From the human T2T-CHM13v2.0 reference genome, Homo sapiens, in the NCBI RefSeq assembly GCF_009914755.1, contig NC_060947.1: a stretch of 64,000 nucleotides of DNA; one strand, written 5' to 3'. The notes beneath the pieces were generated by a model. The model was not told the DNA's origin. It saw only the letters and a list, made by a program, of their open reading frames with translations, and searched no databases. Made by a program: the position numbers and the translations under genes. Within the stretch, counting starts at the first letter, position 1. Each line of letters begins with the position of its first letter. Shown here one piece after another: positions 47,322 through 64,000 of this stretch.

Positions 47322-49018
47322 TGAAATCCTGTCCTCAGGTGATCCGCCTGCCTCAGCCTCCCAAAGTGCTGGGATTACAGGTGTGAGCCACCGTGCCCGG
47401 CCCTCCTCCAATCCTTACACTGCAATATACATCCATCTTCCTAAATTACTACTTTCCTGAAACACTTCTCAGAAATCACTGTTGCTTTCTTATTACCTTC
47501 AGAATACATTCTCTAATCTCTTTCACTAGTTATTGAAGGTTCTTTATCACATAGCTTCAAATAATACATCTAGTTTTTATCTAGTCTTACTACTAATCAA
47601 TCTCAAACAGTAACCTTTAGTCCCAATATTTTATTTACTCCTATCCCTGTACCCTTGTGTACATCATGCTTCTAACCAGAATATCCTGCCTGTATCAACA
47701 TCTTATCCATTTGTCTAGCCCTAGCACAAGTCTTATTTCCTCCATCAGGCCAATCCAAATCACTCCTATTAACCTTCTTTCCTGAAATTTTACAGTATTT
47801 ATTATATGTACAGTTGATCTGGTACTTAATCACAAATTGCCTTATATTGCCATCTAAATTTTCATATGTGTAACTCATTTCCTTAACCAGATGATAAGGG
47901 TAGGTTATCTATTTTACAATTCTCATCCCAACAGCACCACAACTACAGTATAATTCATGTTGCTGTTGTTTAATTTTTATTTGTTGAATGAGTGTAGAAA
48001 AATTTGAGTTAATATTAAATTTGGTCTCATAGAAAATAAGATGCCAGTAAAAACTTAGGTTAGTAAGAATTCCATTAATTTGCATTTAATAGAGAATTAT
48101 GAAGGAGTTTGTGTTTGTTCCCTGCTATTTTTGTATACTCTTGATTGCTACTGAGTGAACTGACGGAATTAGAAGTAATTCTAGATTTCAAGTTTATTCA
48201 TAGTTATTACTTACGATTCCTTTTTCTTCTTTTATTTATTTTTAATTTATATTCAGCACATACTCCACAAAATAAGCACTATGGAACCAAATACCTTGAC
48301 TATACCCTAGCTCCAGGGAGAAAATCGTTAAAGAAAAGTTATCAAGGCTTGGGGTGGCAGAACACACCATTCTGAAACAAGCTGTCTATTCCTTTGCATG
48401 GCTATCAGGCTGTCAGAATCTGGAGAACCTCCAAGTTTTTACTAAACTAATTCTTCATACAGTAGCTTTGTCATTTTATTTAAAGTTAATTACCAGATCA
48501 GATACACTGATCTAAAAATATAAATAAAAAGACACTAAAAAGCAAAAGCTATTTTATTTTTTAGTATCCACCATTTTGAATTGTTCATGGTGTTTTTATT
48601 TAACAGAATAGCAATCTTTGCTCCTAAGATCATTAAGAAACAATAAAATAAAATCAAGAAACCATTGTTTGATGAAAACTTAAGCAAGATTAGTCTCCAT
48701 CTCCAAGGTTTACAATCACTATAAAACAACTGGGAAATTAGAAACATCGCTAAATCATGGATCTTTGGGATTAAAAAAATAATAATTAATATACCCATCA
48801 CCTTACCTATTTATTATTTTTTGGTGGTGAGAATATTTAAAATGTTTTTAGCAATTTCAAAATCTACAATACATTAACTATGGTCACCATGCTGTGCAAT
48901 AGATCACCAGAACTTACCCCCCTCATCTAACTAAAACTTTGTACACTTTCACCACATCCTCTCCTAAGACTCTGAAAACCACCATTCTACTCTGCTTCTA
49001 GGAGTTCAACTTTTTTAG

Positions 49019-49279
<261 letters not shown>

Positions 49280-49438
49280 TGATCCTCCCATCTCAGCCTC
49301 CCAAAGTGCTGAGATCACAGACATGAGCTACCACACCCAGCTGCATCTTTTTTTTAAAAAAAAAAAAACATTACCAGCTGGGTGTGGTGGCTCACGCCTG
49401 TAATCCCAGCACTTTGGGAGGCTTAAGTGGGTTGATCA

Positions 49439-49717
<279 letters not shown>

Positions 49718-49919
49718 TTATTGCATTAGTAAACATCTTAAGCATTGGGTAGACCAGTTAAAATTGTGGAGCCTGTTTCTTCCAAAAATAGTAGGATATT
49801 TGCTTTACCTACCTTTTGGGATTTTGACAATACAAGAGTATGAAGCTGAAAGCACTTACAAATAATAAAAAAATACTACATCAATGCTACTGGCATACAG
49901 TTACATAAGTTGATACTGA

Positions 49920-50078
<159 letters not shown>

Positions 50079-50162
50079 TAATTTTTGTATTTTTTTTTTT
50101 TTAGTAGAGATGGGGTTTCACCATGTTGGCTGGGCTGGTCTTGAACTCCTGACCTCAGATGA

Positions 50163-50252
<90 letters not shown>

Positions 50253-50456
50253 TGATCTTTAAGTTACTTTTATGATGGCTACCACAATTATTTATCCATG
50301 CTTCCCCCACTGATACGGATAATCAAGAATTGACTATAAAAGAGCAGTAGTATTGCTACCATAGACATCCTGAGTAAGGTATACACATTATTTAAGTACC
50401 TACTGCACTAACTTGGCCCTTCTGGGATTGAGAAATGGTTAACGTTATATGAGTTA

Positions 50457-50657
<201 letters not shown>

Positions 50658-51189
50658 CTAAAAAAGACAAAGTGAGCATGCTATTAATATACTCAACTTG
50701 GCATTTAAAGTTCTTTTAATGAGGCAGCTTACTTAAAACCAATACTAACAAGCAGAGGTATACAGAAAATGTGAGACCTAAAGCCAAAATTTGGTAGTTG
50801 GGCTGGATGATAATTATTCTTAAAATACATTATTTCATAATATTTTGTCAGACATTACACTTTTGATGTAATTAATTATGAATGAATGAATGAATGAATA
50901 AACGAATGAATGACACTGTCTCGCTCTGTCATCCAGACTGCAGTGCAGTGGCACAATGAGGGCTCACTGTAGCCTTGACCTCCTGGCCTCAAGGGATCCT
51001 CCCACCTCAGCCTCCCAAGTGCTTGGAATACACACGTGTTCCACCATGCTCAGCTGATTTTTGTATTTTTTGTAGAGATGGGGCTTCTCCATGTTGCCCA
51101 GGCAGGTCTTGAACTCCTGGGCTTAAGCAATCTGCCCGCCTCAGCTACCGACAGTGCTGGGATTACAGGCATGAGCCACCACACCTGGC

Positions 51190-51240
<51 letters not shown>

Positions 51241-51449
51241 GTAGAGACGGGGGTTTTACTATGTTGCCCAGGCTAGTCTTGAACTCCTGGGCTCACATGA
51301 TCCTCCCAACTCAGCCTCCCAAGTGTTGGCATTACAGTCATGAGCCATTGCACCCAGACAGAATTATTTATTATTTACTAATAAGATAAAAATAACAAAA
51401 CCTTTCATTTGCCAAAAATTCCAAAGAATGTTGAGTTAAACCAATGGCC

Positions 51450-54273
<2,824 letters not shown>

Positions 54274-54973
54274 TGAATTCTTAGTAGAGACGGGGTTTCA
54301 CCATGTTGGCCAGGCTGGTCTGGAACTCTTGACCTCATGATCTGCTCGCCTCGGCCTCCCAAAGTGCTGGGATTACAGGCGTGAATCACTGTGTCCAGCC
54401 CCACCCTCAATGTTTAATCCTTGCCATGAGTAGTAAGAAGGCAGGAAGGGATAACAAAGAAAACAAAAATCTCAATGTAGAGTTAATGCTAATTTATGAT
54501 TTTGCTCATCTTTATAGAGATATGTATAGAAAAAGCTGGGAAATCATGCAGTGGTTCATCATTCAGAACCATTTGACCAGTTATATTTCCCGTTACCTAT
54601 ATTCTAGCACTTACCATTTTAAGACACTTTGACGTTTGATTCCTTTTCTAGACTATTAGCTACAAGAGAACAGAGACCCACAATTCTTTACCATACAGTA
54701 GGCACTCAGTAAATGTGTACTAAATTTATAATCAGTGAAATTTAACTGGGAATTGACTGACTTGCTTACATTAACATGTAAGAAAGAAATGATTAACTGC
54801 ACACGTAAACACTTACATAGAAACAAAACTTTTTTTTTCACTTTAGAAAGTAACATGGATTCTAAAAATGCATGATTTGCCTTTTTTTTTTTTTTTTTTT
54901 TTAGACAGAGTCTCACTCTGTCATGCCCAGGCTGAAGTGCGATGGCATGATCTGGGCTCACTGCAACCTCTGA

Positions 54974-55216
<243 letters not shown>

Positions 55217-56302
55217 TAATACTGACCACAATTTTATGTCACAAGTACATCTCTATGAATGATGGAAAAAAGCTGCATAAAAATTAGTTTTGTAGGCCAG
55301 GCGCGGTGGCTCACGCCTGTAATCTCAGCACTTTGGGAGGCCAAGGCGGGCAGATCACGAGGTCAGGAGTTCAAGACCAGCCTGGCCAACAGGGTGAAAC
55401 CCCGTCTCTACTAAAAATACAAAAAATAAGCTGGGCGTGATGGCGGGTGCCTGTAATCCCAGCTACTCGGGAGGCTGAGGCAGGAGAATTGCTTGAACCC
55501 GGGAGGTGGAGTTGCAGTGAGCCGAGACCGCACCACTGCACTCCAGCCTGGGTGACAGAGCGACACTCAGTCTCAAAACAAAACAAAAAAAACATTAGTT
55601 TTGTAGCAAATACGAAAAAATTCTGGTAAGGGCCACAAAAAGAATATGCCACACACGAAAAACCGAACACACTCTAAACCCACAGAAAAAGATATACACT
55701 CTTGAAAGATTGGTTGTTAACAGGCCAGGTGCAGTGGCTCACGCCTGTAATCCCAACACTTTGGGAGGCTGAAGTGGGTGGATCACTTGAGGTCAGGACT
55801 TCGAGACCAGCCTGGCTAACATGGCAAAACCTCATCTCTACTAAAAATATAAAAGTTAGCTGGGCGTGGTGGCACATGTCTGTAGTCCCAGCTACCGGGG
55901 AGGCTGAGGCACTAGAATCGCTTGAACCCAGGAGGCCGAGGTTGCAGTGAGCCAAGATGGCACCACTGTACTCCAGCCTGGGCAACAAAGTGAGAATCTG
56001 TCTCAAAAAAAAAAAAAAAAAAAAAAAGAAGGAAAGATTGGTTATAACAAATAATTAACAAGACTGCGGAACAATGAAACAAGTAGTTGGTAAAGGCTGT
56101 GGGAGAGAATGAACCAGGAGGAAGATAGAGAATATTTGATTTAAATTGAGACTGCACAGATCAAATTTATTGTTTTTCCAACAAAATGAATTGCTATTAT
56201 TTGATACCGTTTTAATGATTCTCAGAGCACAGAAAATATGGGTTCACATTTTAAAATATGCAATCTATATTTTGAAGCAATCATTAATTTTTGCCATATT
56301 TT

Positions 56303-57488
<1,186 letters not shown>

Positions 57489-58014
57489 TGATTTGACTAT
57501 TTTATTCAGGGTGACTACATATTCTGTATGGGGCTGAGAAAAACAAGTGTGAAGCAGTAACAGGTATTTACACAGTTTTACATCCTCCTATCTCTATTCA
57601 ACCATATAGATATATAATCATGCCAACAAAAGAAATATAAGTGCTTTGAATTAGTTATCAATATGTGGAGTTTTCCTACACAAAAATTCTTGAATAAACG
57701 TTTTCAAGCAGGTCTACATAAAAAATTTATGGCCAGGCATGGTGGTTCAAGCCTGTAATCCCTGCACTTTGGGAGGCTGAGGAGTGAGGACTGCTTGAGC
57801 CCTGGAGTTCGAGACCAGCCTGGTCAACATAGTGGGACCCAGTTACTACAAAATATTATAAAATTGGTCGGATGTGGTGGCATGTGCCTGTAGTCCCAGA
57901 TACTCAGGAGGCTGAGGCAGGAGGATCACTTGAGCCCAGGAGTTAGAGGCTGCAGTGAGCTACGATCACACATCACTGAACTCTAGCGGGGACAACAGAG
58001 CAATACCCTGTCTC

Positions 58015-58412
58015 TAATAAATATATATTTATATATATAATTTATATATATTTATATATATAAATTATATATTTGTTATTTATATATAATTTATATTATA
58101 TTAATATAATAATATAATATAATTATAATATGTATTATATTAATATAATAACATAATTATATTATAATATATATTATTATTAATCCAGGCTATCATTGTT
58201 AGACATTTGGGTTGGTTCCAAGTCTTTGCTATTGTGAGTAGTGCCGCAGTAAACATACGTGTGCATGTGTCTTTATAGCAGCATGATTTATATTCCTTTG
58301 GGTGTATATCCAGTAATGGGATGGCTGGGTCATCCCATCTGCCGGCAGATCACGAGGTCAGGAGATCGAGACCATGTATAATAATTATTGTAATATATAT
58401 TATAATATATGT
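58015..58412. repeat. AT-rich low-complexity tract containing an inserted L1/Alu patch (58180-58375)
   Basis: Near-pure A/T on both sides of the patch. Confidence 0.85.
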
Positions 58413-59128
58413 TATTCCTCTTCCTGTTTATTAACAGACTAGAAAGACCAGACTTCTGGCTATTCTTTCTCGAAATAATTTATCAAGTAGAAGAAACTAG
58501 TTCAAAGGAATTATCTTTTTTCAGGCTCTTATAAAACAAAATCACTTCAAAAGGCTGCTTAATGCAGAGGCAATTAGATTACTTCCTGAATTCATTTTCT
58601 TTTTTTTTTTTTTTTTTTTTTGGTGACAGGGTCTCACTCTGTTGCCTAGGCTGGAGTGCAGTGGTGTGAACTTGGCTAACTGCAGCCTCAACCTCCCAGG
58701 CTCTAGTGATTCTCCCACCTCGGCTTCCTGAATAGCTGGGACTACAGATGTGCACCACCGTGCCCCACTAATTTTTGTAGAGACGGGGTTTTGCCATGTT
58801 GCCCAGGCTGGTCTCAAACTCCTGAGCTCAAATGATCCTTGCCCTCCCAAAGTGCTGGGATTACAGGCATGAACCACCTTGCCCCGACTGGGTTCATTTT
58901 CTTTAAAATGAATTGAAAACAGATCACAACAAATGAACTAGTTTTAAACTTTTACAGGCTGGGAGTGGTGGCTCATACCTGTCATCTCAGTGCTTTGGGA
59001 GGTCAAGTCGGATGGATCACTTGATGTCAGGAGTTTGAGAACAGCCTGGCCAACATCGTGAAACCCCGTCTCTACTAAAAATACAAAAATTAGTTGGGTG
59101 TGGTGGCACACGCCTGTAGTCCCAGCTA

Positions 59129-59294
<166 letters not shown>

Positions 59295-59610
59295 TTATAA
59301 TTAGATGCTATAATCCTTATTCACAATGACGTAATATTTTAAGATATTCTAAAGCAAGCCTCTCTTGGATTTATGGAGAAAATAATAGCTACTATTTGGA
59401 ATGTCTAGCGGGTGTCAGGCAGTTACTTCTTGCTTTATAGAATATATAATTAAGTTCAATCCTCAAAACGACACTATAAGGTAAGTACTCTTTTTACATT
59501 TGCTTATCTGTTGAGAAAACAGGATTGGAGAGGTTAAACAACTTGCCCAAAATGCCACAGTTAGTAAGATACTGAGGTAGAAACTCAAACAGGCCATGAT
59601 CATTCTAAAC

Positions 59611-59830
59611 CAGGGTTTCTCAAAAGCAACACTACCGACGTCTTAGGCCAGATCATTGTTGTGAGGAGTGATCCTGTCAGTGCACTGTAGGATGTTGAAT
59701 AGCAACCCTGGCTTCTACTCACTACATGCCAGTAGCACCCTCCTCTCCCAGCTGCAACAACCAAAAATATCTCCACACACTGCCAAATATCTCCTGGGGA
59801 GCAAAATCACCCCCAATCCCACAATATTGT
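59611..59830 (+). mobile_element. MER20-like hAT element (MIR-like sequence just upstream, ~59420-59600)
   Basis: cagggtttctcaa...gcactgtaggatgttgaatagcaaccctggcttctac. Confidence 0.65.
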
Positions 59831-59848
59831 TCTTAAAAAAAAAAAAAA

Positions 59849-61024
<1,176 letters not shown>

Positions 61025-62776
61025 CTAAAATAAAATAAAAAAATCTCTTTTAGAGATAGGGTTTTGCTATGTTGCTCAGGCTGGTCTCAAACTCCTGGCC
61101 CCAATAGACACTCCTCCCTCATCCTCCTGAGTGGCTGGGATTACAGGCTCAAACCACTATGCCTAGCTCAAGAACAACTGTTTTGAACTGAAAAGAATGT
61201 ACAATTTTACAATCTTATTTTTATGTATTCAAAAATCTTTAAAAATCATTACTGATCAAAATACAACATAAAAGAAAGATTTAGTGATAAAGTAACCCAA
61301 AACTTCCTAGAGCAAGCCTTTATCATAATGGATAATAAACTTTTTAAACCTGTGTTTCTCAAAGTGTGGTTGGTATAAAGGAGCTTGTTAAAAATGCAGA
61401 CTTTGGCCGGGCACAGTGGCTCATGCCTGTAACCCCAGCACTTTGGGAGGCCGCTTGAGCCCAGGAGTTCAAGACCGGCCTGGGCAACATAGTGAGACTC
61501 TGTCTGTATTTTATAAAATTAAAAAAAAAATGCAGACTTCTGGCCAGGCATAGTGGTATGGGCCTGTAGTTGCGGCTACTCAGGAGGCTGAGGTAGAAGG
61601 ATCATTTGAGCCCAGAAATTTGAGGCTGTAGTGCACTATGATTGCACCTGGTGATAGCCACTACACTTCAGCCTGAGCAACATAGTTAGATTCCATCTCT
61701 AAAAAAAAAACAAAAATCAAAATCCATATTTCTAGATTTCATCCCCCAGTACATTTGATTCAGTAAGTCCAGGGCAGATTCCAAGAATATTGAATTTTAA
61801 CATGTTACACATGTGATTCTTTATATACACTGAAGTTTGAGAATCACAGCTCTACATTCTGATTCTTATGGGTTAGGACTACATGTTATATAAATTTCTA
61901 TGGACAGCAAAGGGAAATTAAATAAACATTAAGTGAACCAAATGATGAATAACAGGAAAAAGCATGCCATTTCTAATAATAAACCAACCCGTGATCCTCC
62001 TGGAACGGTTGAAGAATGTGATATTCTACTTAACTCAAATATAATGCCTTAATACTTCCTAGACACTTCCTTCACTGGTCCTCTTTTTTGTCTTCTTTAG
62101 TTAATAGATTTATAAGGGAATTTCTTGTTTTCTCTCTCTCTCTTTTGTTTCAATTTAGAGACAGGGTCTCATTCTGTTACCCAGGTTAGAGTTCAGTGGC
62201 ATGATTGTTAGCTCACTGCAGCCTCGAACTCCTGGGCTCAAATGATCCTCCTGCCTCAGCCTCCTGAGTAGCTAGGACCACAGGTGCATGCTACCATGCT
62301 TGGTTATTTTCTTTTATTTGTTTGCAGAGATGGGGTCTTGCTATGTTGCGCAGGCTGGTCTTAAACTCCTAGGCTCAAGCAATCCTTCCACTTTGGCCTT
62401 CCCAAAGTGTTGGGATTACAAGTGGGAGCCACTATGTGTGGCCAGGAATTTCTTCAAATTTGAATTGAAAGCTTTCTTGATCAGGGTAAATCTCTATTCC
62501 TAAAGAAGCTTTTTCCTAAGGGTGCCTCTGGTTCTTTGTCAAGAGCCCATTATTTGGGTATGGAAAGGCATGGTTGAGAAATAAAAATTTTGTTCCTCTA
62601 TTGCCACTACACTAAATCCCACTATTCATTTTCCAGATTCTTCTTTATCTTCCAAAGTCACAACCTTCAAATGGAAAAGTTAAAAATTTCACCTGTGCAC
62701 TTCAGATCATTCTAATAATACTTGAAAATTATTAGGAAGAAACATATCTTCCAAAGACTATAACATGTAAAGATAA

Positions 62777-63034
<258 letters not shown>

Positions 63035-63829
63035 TAGTAGAGACAGGGTTTCACCATGTTGGCCAGGCTGGTCTCAAACTCTTGACCTCAGGTGATCCAT
63101 CCAACTCGGCCTCCCAAAGTGCTGTGATTACAGGCATGATCGACTGTGCCCGGCCTCCACTAATAGTTGTTAAACATTCAAGAAAATATACTGATCTAAA
63201 GCTTTCAATTTGTATTGGATATATTTTTTATAAAACAAATTACAGGCTTACTATGAAAAAACACATTGAATTTACAAGATATTCACAATCAATTTATTTC
63301 CCTCCTTCTCCTTGGCGTACATTAGTCTATTTTCTACCATTCAAATAAAACAAAAATAGCAATAATACTCCCAATTGAAATACTTACCAACAAAGTAAAG
63401 TAAGTTTAAAGTCTTTCTCTTCTCTTGAAACATTTTAACTAGTATGTCCAAAAAAAATCACCTCACTACTAGAAGGCAATGTCTCTAATCCTATTTGTAA
63501 TAATCAAGTGTTATAGAAATCTATAACTATAAGAGATTAAGAGGACCAAGAAAGGGCAGTGAGACATCAGTTTAATTTCATCTTACCTGCTTGCATAATA
63601 TTTAACTTGATTAGCTCTACCAAAGTAGCTTAAGCTTTAATAACCAGAAATTGTCCTATTGTCACTATCACTCATCAAAAATGGAATATAGGATCTATTA
63701 ATTACGATTTAAAGCTAAAATCTGATCCTGCCATTCAAATTTCTTTTGAATTTCAGAAGCAAGAAAGCTAAGTATTACCAGTCTGAATTCCTCTAAAATG
63801 CAACTTTCCCCAAAAGCATGTTTCTTAAA

Positions 63830-64000
63830 AAAAATTCTGTGGGTACACAGTAGGTATATATATTTATGGGGTACATGAGATACTTTGATATAGGCATGCA
63901 TTGCATAATAATCACATCATGGTGAATGAGGTGTCCATGCCCTCAAGAATTTATCCTTTGTGTTACAAACCATCCAATTATACTTTTAATTATTTTAAAA
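63830..64000 (-). mobile_element. L1MA-type 3' end
   Basis: gtaggtatatatatttatggggtacatgagatactttgata matches the reverse complement of the L1 end at ~14030. Confidence 0.75.

Overview
Human-type (primate) genomic DNA containing most of MAGT1 (OST-B oxidoreductase subunit; X-linked by established knowledge) on the minus strand. Nine coding exons (exons 2-10, 50657 down to stop at 6777) splice in frame, followed by a ~2.9 kb 3'UTR with inverted Alus; exon 1 and the promoter lie beyond the right end. Intron 7 (18859-31440) is a U12-type minor intron. The rest is very dense in Alu, L1, LTR and DNA-transposon relics, plus U6 and 5S rRNA retro-fragments. Most notable: (1) a second U12 donor motif and a strong U2 acceptor just downstream of exon 7 define a frame-compatible 55-nt candidate mutually exclusive exon; (2) a spliced L1 retro-copy; (3) an open, extended L1 ORF0; (4) templated-insertion/fold-back repair scars; (5) an Alu-Alu tandem duplication. 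Repeat boundaries and subfamily calls are by eye and approximate.
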